Positions 18,027 through 26,753 of a stretch of 43,081 nucleotides of DNA are shown here, piece after piece. Under the pieces are notes generated by a model, which was not told where the DNA came from, made no database searches, and saw only the letters and a program-made list of their open reading frames with translations. Source of the stretch: a virus (taxonomy: Duplodnaviria > Caudoviricetes); the IMG/VR virus record IMGVR_UViG_3300046057_000035, positions 1 through 43,081 of that record. One strand, given 5' to 3'. A program made the position numbers and the translations under genes. Numbering within the stretch: position 1 is the first letter of the stretch; every line of letters begins with the position of its first letter.

Positions 18027-18602
18027 TCAGCTGAACGTGGTTTCTTCAAAATACGCGGCGATGCCGGCCCGGTAGGCGCGCAGCAGGTCCATCTGCCCTT
18101 TTGTCAGCTTCCACGCGTCTGAGCGATTGGATCCGAACGCCGGCTCGCAGACGACCGCGGGCATCTCGGTGAGATCCAGGAACGGCCACCCGACCTTTTG
18201 CTTTAAGCCGCGGTTTTTCGTCCCGAGTGTTCGGGTTACGGTTTGCAGGAGGCCTCTTGCCAGGCGCTTCCCCTCCGCCGAGTCGGCGCAGTGCAGCATC
18301 TCTGTGCCGTTTGCTGTCGGGTCTTTGAAGGCGTTGAAGTGCAGCTCGATCGCCGCATCGGCCCCAAGCGCGTTGACCCGGTCGGCGAGATCCGCGTCCG
18401 GTTCTGCGTTCGGGCGCTCGACCAAGTGGCCGGTGATGCCCACCGTCTGCAGCGAGCGCACCAACTCCCTTGCAAACGGGCGCCAAAACCCATACTCATG
18501 CGCGGTGTGCTCCCCGACCCTAAGCGCCGCGCCTGGCGCATCCGGGTGGTGGCCGATGACGACCGCAACCGATGGTTCGTCAACCGATGGTTCGCAGGGC
18601 AT
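18027..18602 (-). CDS. Endolysin, N-acetylmuramoyl-L-alanine amidase (Amidase_3)
   Basis: VVIGH, HE, IELHFNA, GTE, PAVVCEPAF zinc-amidase motifs. Confidence 0.9.
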   Translation of the reverse strand: MPCEPSVDEPSVAVVIGHHPDAPGAALRVGEHTAHEYGFWRPFARELVRSLQTVGITGHLVERPNAEPDADLADRVNALGADAAIELHFNAFKDPTANGTEMLHCADSAEGKRLARGLLQTVTRTLGTKNRGLKQKVGWPFLDLTEMPAVVCEPAFGSNRSDAWKLTKGQMDLLRAYRAGIAAYFEETTFS

Positions 18603-18644
18603 ACCTGGGGGACTTTTTGCAAAGCACTCCTTCTGGGGCGCCGA

Positions 18645-19166
18645 TCATTCAGCGTTTGCCGATCCACCGGTCAAGAGGCCGTGCAGCGCCTTGGCGATCA
18701 GTTCCAAGCCGCGGTCAAAGATCATCTCCTCGCCTACCCTCGGCAGGTACGGCACGTCCACGAGCGCGTCGAGCACGGCGGCGGCTGCATCCAGCCACTC
18801 TTGGGTTGTGGCCTTGCCTTGCAGAAGATCGAGGGTCGCCGCGCGGAACTCCGTCTCGGCGGTGGTCAAGAGGAGGCCTTTTAGCGCCGCGCCGATCGCC
18901 TCGAACGCCTGCTGAAAGAGGCCCTCCTCGGTCGCTTCGCTGATGTAGGGAAGGTCCACGACGCGGTTGATCTGCCGCTGCGCGAACCACTCCCACTCCG
19001 GGACGCTGATCTCCCCAGCGAGCAGGGCGGCCGTCGCCTCGCGGAAGGTCTGGTCTTTGGTGACGCCGTCGAGGTCCTCGGGCACGAGCTCGCCGATTTT
19101 GGTGGTGGCGTTGGTTTCGAGGTCGGCGGTTGTCATCTCTGTACTTGAGGCGCTTTGTGAGGTCAT
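18645..19166 (-). CDS. Hypothetical protein with internal two-fold helical repeat
   Basis: FREATAALL..EW..VDLPY..EEGLF..ALKGLL repeated as FRAATLDLL..EW..VDVPY..EEMIF..ALHGLL; start chosen at MTSQ. Confidence 0.7.
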   Translation of the reverse strand: MTSQSASSTEMTTADLETNATTKIGELVPEDLDGVTKDQTFREATAALLAGEISVPEWEWFAQRQINRVVDLPYISEATEEGLFQQAFEAIGAALKGLLLTTAETEFRAATLDLLQGKATTQEWLDAAAAVLDALVDVPYLPRVGEEMIFDRGLELIAKALHGLLTGGSANAE

Positions 19167-19222
19167 AAGAGGGCGAATCATTAGGTGAGAAAGACGTCGT
19201 AGGGGCGCCTTGGTGAGCAAAA

Positions 19223-20083
19223 TCACTCGACGACCAGCCCGGCGAGCTCGTGAAGGGTTCCGTCGCTGTAGAGCCCGTCGCCGCACAGGTCGAGATCATC
19301 TTCGGTGCACCCGATCCAGGTCGCCTGCGTGCGGTAGGCCACCTCGCGGCTCGTGTCCTGCACCTCGATACGGATCCTCTCCCCTTCGGAGTAGCCAAAG
19401 CTCGTAAGCGAATCGGTGCCGGCGACGGCGAAGATGATGCCCTCCTCGGTCCACGCGCCGTAGCCTACGCACTCTCCGCCCGCGTAGGCGGCAAGCGTGT
19501 CGCCGGGCTCGGCGTAGCCGACCGGAGAGATCGGCAGCGAGTCGCGGGCTGCCGTGACCGTGGCATTGAAGGCGTTCGATTTGCACTCCTTCGCGTACGT
19601 CCACGTCGGCTCCTGCCCCTCCGGTAGCGGACGTTTTTCTGTCAAAAGCGTATCGAGGTGCATCCACATCGCCCGCACGCATTCGAGCTTCTCGGTGACG
19701 CCAGGCGGCAGAAAAACGTTTTTTTCGTCGGTGATCAGCGCCCCAGTCACCTCTTTGGCGGACTCTAAGTCATCCATCGTCTCGGACAGGGACCACGACG
19801 TGTCTTGCACCATGCCGGGGCAGTGGTAGCGCCAGTCCGTCCCCGACTCCGTCGATACTTTCGCTCGGCCGAATACGCCGCTTTGCCGCGGCGCCTGGTA
19901 CACCCAGGCGGAGTCGCCATTCGGGCGCACCCACACCTCAACTGGGTCCTCTTCTGTGGCCCAATCGCCCTCGGGGAGCCATGAAGGGACCCCTGTAGAC
20001 TGAGCTGCCACCGGGCCCGCAGCAGCCGAAATGAGAGCAGCCAATAGGAGCGTAAGCGTCAGTCCTCGCAGTAGCGTTTGCAT
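19223..20083 (-). CDS. Secreted protein with signal peptide
   Basis: MQTLLRGLTLTLLLAALISAAAGPVAA-Q signal peptide; several Cys; beta-rich C-terminal domain. Confidence 0.75.
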   Translation of the reverse strand: MQTLLRGLTLTLLLAALISAAAGPVAAQSTGVPSWLPEGDWATEEDPVEVWVRPNGDSAWVYQAPRQSGVFGRAKVSTESGTDWRYHCPGMVQDTSWSLSETMDDLESAKEVTGALITDEKNVFLPPGVTEKLECVRAMWMHLDTLLTEKRPLPEGQEPTWTYAKECKSNAFNATVTAARDSLPISPVGYAEPGDTLAAYAGGECVGYGAWTEEGIIFAVAGTDSLTSFGYSEGERIRIEVQDTSREVAYRTQATWIGCTEDDLDLCGDGLYSDGTLHELAGLVVE

Positions 20084-20120
20084 CGGTACGTGAGTAGGTT
20101 AGATACATTTAGCGGTGCGC

Positions 20121-20194
20121 GAAAAGAAAACGTGCCGAGCGAGCATCGCAGCAAGCGTGTACTTACAGTGAAGGTTTGATGCCCGCTCGGCACG
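20121..20194 (-). terminator. Terminator-like hairpin with 30-nt loop
   Basis: 17-bp stem 20131-20147/20178-20194 (one G-U on minus strand) followed by TTTTCTTTTC. Confidence 0.55.
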
Positions 20195-20197
20195 GGA

Positions 20198-20271
20198 CTC
20201 GTCAGATTACGGTGCTCGTCAAAAGGGTCTCTCGTCAGAACAATCTTTCGTCAGAACGATTTTTCGTCAGA
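20198..20271. repeat. Five direct repeats YTCGTCARA, 16-17 bp period
   Basis: Copies start at 20198, 20215, 20231, 20247, 20263. Confidence 0.85.
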
Positions 20272-20500
20272 TCCCGGCGCCAACTTTCCAGTGCCACTGC
20301 CGGACCCACACGTGATCGCCGCGAGCGTCGGCGTAGGCGTCGTAGTCGTCGTAGCCCTCAGCCTGGGCAAACACGTCGCGCACCTCCTTTGCGTCGCGGC
20401 CCCAGTAGATGCCGTGATCCGTTCCGCCGGAGAAGATGCGGTACGGCCACTCGTCGCTGGGGCTATCGCTATTGGACCGATCGCTTGAGCGGTCATTCAT
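20267..20500 (-). CDS. Hypothetical protein
   Basis: Acidic 77-aa ORF coupled to the upstream HTH gene. Confidence 0.65.
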   Translation of the reverse strand: MNDRSSDRSNSDSPSDEWPYRIFSGGTDHGIYWGRDAKEVRDVFAQAEGYDDYDAYADARGDHVWVRQWHWKVGAGI

Positions 20501-20891
20501 CCTCGACCAGGCGCTCGGCGAGGCGCTCGACGCGCTTTTTCGCCAACTGCCACCGGGTGTCCACTGCTTGAAGCTGCTCGGGCGTGAGAATCTTTTCCTC
20601 GATCACGGAGATTACCTGAAGTAATGTAATGGCCGCCTCGCCTGCGACTTGCGGCATGCGCTTCATGCGGGTGTGCAGGTCCAAAATCTTTTTCTTTCGC
20701 TTCTCGACTGGCTCCTTCTCGCCAGCGAGGTACAGTCCGATTGCGTTTTTCGTCGTGCCCAGCTCCTCGGCGAGGGCCTCGTGGCTCTCGTGCCACGCCA
20801 CGAGGCGCTCCAGGGCCGCGCTCCACTCGCGCTTCTGCCGGCGCGCCTCGCTTAAGTCTTCGGTCTTTTTGTACCGGTCTGTGTCGGGCAT
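20493..20891 (-). CDS. XRE-like HTH protein
   Basis: SHEALAEELGTTKNAIGLYLAGEKEP. Confidence 0.7.
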   Translation of the reverse strand: MPDTDRYKKTEDLSEARRQKREWSAALERLVAWHESHEALAEELGTTKNAIGLYLAGEKEPVEKRKKKILDLHTRMKRMPQVAGEAAITLLQVISVIEEKILTPEQLQAVDTRWQLAKKRVERLAERLVEDE

Positions 20892-20960
20892 CGAGGATAT
20901 GTCCTCGTTGGGAAAGCGATATCAAGGGTCTCCTCAAGAGCCCCCTCAAGGATCTCCTGC

Positions 20961-21030
20961 AAAAGCAAAAGGGCGGCCCTCCTCGCCGTAGCATCCAGGA
21001 GTTCTGGTGCTGCGGCAAAGAAAGCCGCCC
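20961..21030 (-). terminator. Long-stem intrinsic terminator
   Basis: Minus strand GGGCGGC-TTTCTTT-GCCGCAGCA.../...TGCTACGGC-GAGGAGG-GCCGCCC then TTTTGCTTTT; middle segment pairs through G-U only on the minus strand. Confidence 0.65.
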
Positions 21031-21059
21031 TCATCAAGGGCTACCGATAAAATGGATTC

Positions 21060-21251
21060 CTAACGGCGGTGGGCTTGCTCGTAGTAGTCGGCCCCTGGAT
21101 AGACGCGCACATGATCGTCTTCCCCAGCGTCAGCAACCTCCAGCTTCGCGCCTGGAGTGTCTTGTCGCACGTATTCGGGGAGGGCACGGAGGACCTTCTG
21201 CAGCAGGTCCTGGGGCACTTCGGCGAGGTCGTCCGGTAGGTCGATGCTCAT
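21060..21251 (-). CDS. Hypothetical protein
   Basis: Acidic 63-aa ORF followed by a terminator. Confidence 0.6.
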   Translation of the reverse strand: MSIDLPDDLAEVPQDLLQKVLRALPEYVRQDTPGAKLEVADAGEDDHVRVYPGADYYEQAHRR

Positions 21252-21553
21252 GCAGGTGGGCAGGGGCTGGTGGGGACCCGAGTGGTGGAGACTCAGTCTG
21301 GTGGGGGGCCCTGGAGTCGTTTTAAAGTATGGGCTGGAGCGGGAGGTTTCAAGAGATCAAACTTTGTGCCTGGGGAGCGTCCGCTGCGCGCGTGTAGGGG
21401 TGTATTAAGTCGGGCCCGTGCGAAGCGTTAGCGTGATCATATTTTTTGTGTCTGAGACACTATTTTCTCTGAGACACTATTTCGCAGCTGCCACTTGGTC
21501 TTCAGCTCGCGGACGGAGGCCATCGGATATGATCGGTTGTCGAAGGGGAGAAG

Positions 21554-22051
21554 TCAATTTGCAATTCCTCGAATCTGCTTTAATCGAAGCAGCTCCTCCT
21601 GCTCCATCCCAAGCCGCTTGGCAATATCCGGGTCGCTTACACCTTGGTGGGCGAGGCTTTCAACAAGGGCTCCCATGAGCTCCGTCTGGTGCTCTCCTCG
21701 CGCTTGATTGTGGCGGACCGTCGCCGCCTTGCGCTCGGACGTACCCCGGCCGATCGTCGTCACAGGGATCTCGGCAAGCCCGAGTCGCTCTTTCATCACG
21801 AGGTAGCGATGGAAGCCATCGACCACGACATACTGATCTGCCTCCGCGTCGCGGCTCGTGACGACAGGCTGGGTGACTCCGTCCTTTCGAATTGAGCGCT
21901 CCAGAAGGTCGAGCTCGGGGACCGCGACGCGGTTTGGGTTGTAGTCGTTTGCCACCACCCTCGTGGCCAGCACGAGACGTGCGCGAGCGCAGGGAAATGA
22001 TATGGCCTTGTCCGATGAAAAGTCCTCGGGCGTTACAGAATCTCTTTCCAT
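21554..22051 (-). CDS. IbrB-like ParB/Srx domain protein
   Basis: ANDYNPN, SIRKDGVTQPVV, VVDGFHR, TVRHNQARGEH, C-terminal HTH IAKRLGM..EELLRL. Confidence 0.85.
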   Translation of the reverse strand: MERDSVTPEDFSSDKAISFPCARARLVLATRVVANDYNPNRVAVPELDLLERSIRKDGVTQPVVTSRDAEADQYVVVDGFHRYLVMKERLGLAEIPVTTIGRGTSERKAATVRHNQARGEHQTELMGALVESLAHQGVSDPDIAKRLGMEQEELLRLKQIRGIAN

Positions 22052-23646
22052 TTTTCCTTCCAGTCTTGTGAGTCGGAGCGCAATTGCGATTGGACGGGCA
22101 GGTTGTTTTCCCAGTCGTTCAGCAGCAACTGTCGCACCTGCTGCCGGTAGGTGTGCTCATTGTCGTGGTGGTTCTCGAAGCGGCTGAGGAAGCGCTCCTT
22201 CCGCTCGATCGGTGCCGTTTCCAAGAGGTGGTCGCGGTACGCCTTCCACGAGTCGAAGCGCTCTGGAAGCTGACGAGCGTTGTAGACGCTCGGGTCATCG
22301 GCGTAGCGGGCCGCGGCCGTGATGCCCTCCAAGCGTTTGATGAGAGCGTCATAGGTCTCGTGCTCGAACTCTTGCAGCTCGGTGAGAGACGTATACGCCT
22401 TCTCGTGGATCAGATTAGAGACGCGGTACTGCGTGACGTTGTGGCCCTCGTCCTTGGCGTGCATGTAGTCGTAAACCCGGTTGTAGTCCACGTCGTGGTC
22501 GTAGAAGTACTGAAAAATGTCGCTGAACGACCAGTCGTAGAGCGGGTAGAGCTTGAGGACCTCCTCGCCAGCCGTGCTCCAGAGAACGTCGTCAACGCCG
22601 GGGTTTTTGATGACCGCTCGAAGGCGGTTCAGACTCTCCTCCGCCCGCAGGCCCACGAGAAAACACGTGCCCTCGTCCCACTGGCCTTCGAACCAGTCGA
22701 TGAAGGGGTAGAAGCGCTGCGGGTAATCGGCGTCGAGGTTGTGGATTGCAAGCGGGTGCTTGTCTCGCATCCAGTCCTCCCCCGCGCCCCAGGCGTACAG
22801 GAACTCCTGCTCGTAAGAGGTTGCGTTCGTCATGTAAATCGGCACCTGGTACCAGTGGGGGACGACCATGTCTCGACTCATGATGCCGTCGATGACCTCA
22901 ATAGTAGAGGCATACTCTGCCTCCTGGTCGAGAAAGAAGGCATGAACGTCCCGGCCCCGCCGCTCGGCTTCCTCATAGGCGAGCTCGAACATGACCTGCG
23001 AGTCTTTTCCGCCGGAGACTGACATCACGATCGTCTCGAACTCATCGAAAGCGAAGGCGACTCGCTCCCGGGCCGCCTCTAAAACGGTCTTGTTCATATA
23101 CAGCCGGTCGCCTTTCCCACCAACGGGCTCCCCCTCACGGGTACGCCAACGCCACGCCTTGGAGTGGCTGCGGTGAGCATAAAACTCTGCGATCCCTTTT
23201 TCCTGCTGGAGCCGAAGCACTTCTTCGGCTCGCATGCCCAAGTGCTTCGCGATGCGCTCGTTGCTCCAGCCGGCCTCTGCTAGATCGCTGACGAGCTGCT
23301 CCGTGAGGTCGACTTGGTGCTTGCCTCGGGCTCGGTTGTGCCGCACGGTCGACGCCATTCGCTCGTCGAGGGGCTTGTCAAGAACGACCAGCGGGACGTG
23401 CGAGCACCCGAAGCGGTCGCGGAGAATAACGAAGCGGTGAAAGCCGTCGACGACAATGTACTCGCCTGCCGCGTCGTCGTGATAGGCCACGAGGGGCTGG
23501 GTAAAGCCGTCCTTCTCGATGCTTTTTTCGAGAAGGTCCATCTCTTCGCGTGCCACCTCGTTCGGGTTGTACTCGTTGGCGACGACCTTTTCCGTGGGGG
23601 CGAAGGTGACGTCGAGGCACGGCAAGTCAATCGCATTCGCATCCAT
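22033..23646 (-). CDS. Fusion of IbrB-like ParB/Srx domain and IbrA-like PAPS-reductase (PP-loop) domain
   Basis: N-terminal ANEYNPN/VDGFHR/TVRHNRARGKH; C-terminal SVSGGKDS, FLDQEAEY, VGLRAEESLNR, YPLYDW; start at MDANA. Confidence 0.88.
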   Translation of the reverse strand: MDANAIDLPCLDVTFAPTEKVVANEYNPNEVAREEMDLLEKSIEKDGFTQPLVAYHDDAAGEYIVVDGFHRFVILRDRFGCSHVPLVVLDKPLDERMASTVRHNRARGKHQVDLTEQLVSDLAEAGWSNERIAKHLGMRAEEVLRLQQEKGIAEFYAHRSHSKAWRWRTREGEPVGGKGDRLYMNKTVLEAARERVAFAFDEFETIVMSVSGGKDSQVMFELAYEEAERRGRDVHAFFLDQEAEYASTIEVIDGIMSRDMVVPHWYQVPIYMTNATSYEQEFLYAWGAGEDWMRDKHPLAIHNLDADYPQRFYPFIDWFEGQWDEGTCFLVGLRAEESLNRLRAVIKNPGVDDVLWSTAGEEVLKLYPLYDWSFSDIFQYFYDHDVDYNRVYDYMHAKDEGHNVTQYRVSNLIHEKAYTSLTELQEFEHETYDALIKRLEGITAAARYADDPSVYNARQLPERFDSWKAYRDHLLETAPIERKERFLSRFENHHDNEHTYRQQVRQLLLNDWENNLPVQSQLRSDSQDWKEKWKEIL

Positions 23647-24790
23647 AGCATCGGGCTTGCTCGGTGGAAAGGGCACGAGTGAGGGTGTCGATGGCCTGCC
23701 ACTCCGACCACGCCTCGTCGTAGACGAAGCCATCGACGTTCGTGTCGCTGCGAAAATAGTACAGGGTCGCCTCCGGATCAATGCTTCCGATCACGTCGAG
23801 GGCGCCGGTCTGATTTTGGTTGATGGGCGTCTCGAAAAAAATTACTGAGTTGGCCCGAATGGGGCGGTTATCGTGGGTCGTGTACGTGCGATAGTCACAC
23901 CGGACGTCCGCGCCTCGCTTGCGAAGTGCCGACCGAATTTTTCGGTTTTGGCTTTTGAGGTTGGTGAAAAGTACGGGCTCGGCCCCCTTTGCCGCGAGTC
24001 GTCGAAGAAGGTCGGTGAGCGCGTCGTACCGGCTGCCGAGCGCGTTCGAAAAGTCGGCGAGGCGCGTTACAATCTTGCGCGGGCTGTCCCACTCCTCAAA
24101 GAGCTCTTCCTTCCGCTCAGCGTAGGATGCAGCCTCTTGGTCGGACACCTCAGTGTCGACGTGTTCGACAGAAGGGAGGAAGGCGTCGTACGCGATGTGA
24201 CACCAAGGCGCCATTTTCTCAGCTAGGTGCTCGGGATCGTGAGCACGACGCTGGCGGCCTTGATCGTCTTCCTCAAGATAGTCGTGCTCGAACGTATATC
24301 CGTTCGGATAGCCCAGGATGTCACGGGTCAGGTAGGAGAGAGGCAGGTAAAGCTTGCTCACCTCATCGGTGAACGGCACGATGTCGATCCAGTAGCGGTG
24401 CGGCGTCTTTTTCCGGAGTCGGTGCAGGTACCGAAACTTGTCGGAGTCGAGCCGCGAGTAGCGGGCCACATTCTCCATCAAGAGAACTGCGCTCGGGCCC
24501 GCGTAGTCGTGCAGTCGCAAAAACTTGTCTCGCTTTGTGAACTGCTCGATCGGCACCACAAGCATCTCCGGATAGGTCTCTTCGGCGTACTCTTGGATGG
24601 CTTTGGGACAGAGGTAGAGAAACGTCGCCTCGGGATGCTTCTTCTGCAGGAGGCGGATAAAGCCATCCTTCACAGAACGCTGCTTCGCCAGGAGGCCAAA
24701 GACATCCTGCTGCCGAAGGCGCTCTCGGAGGTGAGAAAGCTCCGCCTCAATGCTGTCATCGACGGAAAAGTCAAAGGCGAGCTGCTCCAT
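23627..24790 (-). CDS. Degenerate (probably inactive) SNF2-like protein
   Basis: Segment LLMENVARY...RYWIDIVPF...LYLPLSYLTRDILGYPNGYTFEHDYLE aligns by eye with the neighbouring SNF2, but Walker A, DExx and motif VI are missing. Confidence 0.7.
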   Translation of the reverse strand: MEQLAFDFSVDDSIEAELSHLRERLRQQDVFGLLAKQRSVKDGFIRLLQKKHPEATFLYLCPKAIQEYAEETYPEMLVVPIEQFTKRDKFLRLHDYAGPSAVLLMENVARYSRLDSDKFRYLHRLRKKTPHRYWIDIVPFTDEVSKLYLPLSYLTRDILGYPNGYTFEHDYLEEDDQGRQRRAHDPEHLAEKMAPWCHIAYDAFLPSVEHVDTEVSDQEAASYAERKEELFEEWDSPRKIVTRLADFSNALGSRYDALTDLLRRLAAKGAEPVLFTNLKSQNRKIRSALRKRGADVRCDYRTYTTHDNRPIRANSVIFFETPINQNQTGALDVIGSIDPEATLYYFRSDTNVDGFVYDEAWSEWQAIDTLTRALSTEQARCYGCECD

Positions 24791-24805
24791 TGTCCGGGGG
24801 AGAAG

Positions 24806-25216
24806 TCAATCGTCGAGGGTCAGTTCCAAGACGCTATACTGGCCTCGCTCGCGTTTCTTCTCGAAGCCGCGGTCCTCGATCACGTGCAGGGCCGGCTCGC
24901 TCGTTGTCGTCCGGAAGCGGCTGTGGCCGTCCTTTTTGAGGTCTGCGAGGCGACGATCAAAAAGGGCCGTGTAGACCCCTTCCTCCCGCCAGTCTGGCCG
25001 TGTCCAGGCGTGCCGGAGAAGCACAACGCCGTTTTTTTGCCGCTCGGCCGCGTTGAATCCGAGCACAGTTCCGCTCTCCTCGGCGAGCCACCAGGTAAAC
25101 GACTCGCCGGAGCGCATGGGGAGACCGAGCTCACGTTGCACCTGCATCGACGCAAAGAAGGGCCCCAGGCGCTGCCAGAAATCACCTTCACCATGCTCGT
25201 ACCTTAGGATGTCCAT
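24806..25216 (-). CDS. GNAT-family acetyltransferase
   Basis: LRHAWTRPDWREEGVYTAL and DRGF motifs; start at MDILR. Confidence 0.8.
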   Translation of the reverse strand: MDILRYEHGEGDFWQRLGPFFASMQVQRELGLPMRSGESFTWWLAEESGTVLGFNAAERQKNGVVLLRHAWTRPDWREEGVYTALFDRRLADLKKDGHSRFRTTTSEPALHVIEDRGFEKKRERGQYSVLELTLDD

Positions 25217-25220
25217 CGGT

Positions 25221-26753
25221 CTACAGCGACTGCGTGAGGTCATCGAACGCGTCCCCATCCTCTTCTTTTACCTCCTCGACCTCTCGCTGAAAAGCAGTGA
25301 GCACGTCTTCCTTGTCCTCCAGCGCCTCCATGATCCGCTCGTCGATCGTGCCGGAGCAGACGATGTCGATGTAGGTCGGCCGCTTGTCCTGACCGAGGCG
25401 GTGAATGCGGTCCTCCGCCTGCAGGCGCGTGGCGTAATTGAAGCTGTTGTTGTAGAAGACGGCGTAGCGGGCCTGCTCCAGGTTGAGCCCATGAGCCCCC
25501 GTCTCGGGCGTGGCCACGAGGAACCGCGGCCCGTCCTCGGCCTTCCACCGACCGATCGCCTCGACGCGCTCGTCTTCGCCCTTTTCGCCGTGCAACGTCT
25601 CGAAAGAGCGGGGTCCGTATCGCTCGCCAAGGCGACATACGATCTGCCGGATGCAGTAGTGGTAGCGGGCCCAGATGATGACCCGAGCCTCCCCGTCGCG
25701 CTCATCAATGTCTTTAACCGCGCGCTGCAAAGTCTTGAGGCGGTTGTGCTTCGCGCGCAAATGTTCTCGGGGGAGGTCCTGCAAATTTCGGGGCCACTCG
25801 ATCCACCGGATGTGCTCTTCCTCTTCGCCCCAGTAGGTGATGATGTCATCGGTCGGCACGCGCCGGTTCCAAAAGCCATTTGTGACCTGCTGAAGAGCGG
25901 TGAACAGGCGAAAGAGGTCGTGGCTGTTGATCGTAAGCGGGTCGAGATATTCGAGTAGCTCCCGTTTCGCCTGTTTGTACAGAGCGTCCTGCTCCACCGT
26001 CATGCTGCAATAGCGCTTCTCGTAGATCTTGTCCGGCAAGTCGAGCGCCTCCCCCTTCGTCACCTGAAAAACGTAGGGTCGCATCTTGGCCGCAAGGACG
26101 TCTTCGCGGTGCGTCTCGACGATGAGACCGGGGTAGTCGGGGTGATACTCCAGGTGCTCGTTCGCGAAGCTGTAGAACGAGCGGTAGCCCAAAATCTTGG
26201 GGCTGAGAAACTTCATCTGCGCGAACAGATCCTCGACGCCGTTCGAGATGGGGGTGCCAGTTAGGATCAGGCGGTACCGGGCGCGCTTGCCGACGTGGAT
26301 CAGGCGCTGGGTGCGGAGGGCGCGGTGGTTTTTGATGTAGCCCGACTCGTCGACGATGAGGAACGTGCTTTCGCTCACGAGCTCGTTTAAAGCGAAGGTC
26401 TGTCGGTCCGACTGGCTAATCGATTCGATGCCGACTAGGTGCCAGTCGGCCTCCGGAAGCGTGTCGGACCGCGTGCCCGTGCCAAACACGTGCACGTCTG
26501 CAGAGGCGAGGTGCTTGTGCAGCTCGCGGCGCCAGGTCTCCTTGAGCGAAACGGGGCAACACACAACCACGTGGTCAACCTGCTCCCAGCGCAGCGCCGC
26601 CAGCTCGATCGATGTGCGCGTCTTTCCAGTGCCCATTTCCATGTACAGAGCCCCGACGCGCGTCTGTCGGAGCTTCTCGACGGCCGCTTGCTGATAGCCG
26701 TACAGGTCGGTCGTGCGCTCCGGAACGGCCTTCGTTTTCGATTCAACCATCAT
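25221..26753 (-). CDS. SNF2-family helicase/translocase
   Basis: LYGYQ, MEMGTGKT, IVDES, LTGTP, GLNL, QAEDRIHRLGQ; start at MMVESK. Confidence 0.93.
   Translation of the reverse strand: MMVESKTKAVPERTTDLYGYQQAAVEKLRQTRVGALYMEMGTGKTRTSIELAALRWEQVDHVVVCCPVSLKETWRRELHKHLASADVHVFGTGTRSDTLPEADWHLVGIESISQSDRQTFALNELVSESTFLIVDESGYIKNHRALRTQRLIHVGKRARYRLILTGTPISNGVEDLFAQMKFLSPKILGYRSFYSFANEHLEYHPDYPGLIVETHREDVLAAKMRPYVFQVTKGEALDLPDKIYEKRYCSMTVEQDALYKQAKRELLEYLDPLTINSHDLFRLFTALQQVTNGFWNRRVPTDDIITYWGEEEEHIRWIEWPRNLQDLPREHLRAKHNRLKTLQRAVKDIDERDGEARVIIWARYHYCIRQIVCRLGERYGPRSFETLHGEKGEDERVEAIGRWKAEDGPRFLVATPETGAHGLNLEQARYAVFYNNSFNYATRLQAEDRIHRLGQDKRPTYIDIVCSGTIDERIMEALEDKEDVLTAFQREVEEVKEEDGDAFDDLTQSL

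Noticed and set aside
20198-20271. CTGACGA repeats as a hammerhead core or a mini-CRISPR
   Set aside because: No stem II-GAAA-stem III-NUH arrangement follows; the 9-bp repeats and 7-8 bp spacers are far too short for CRISPR and no cas genes are present
21554-21556. Selenocysteine recoding of the TGA
   Set aside because: The position does not correspond to a Cys in the paralog and no convincing SECIS hairpin follows
22033-23646. Sulfate-assimilation CysH auxiliary metabolic gene
   Set aside because: Lacks the C-terminal ECGLH motif of CysH, is fused to ParB, and matches the IbrA-like pattern
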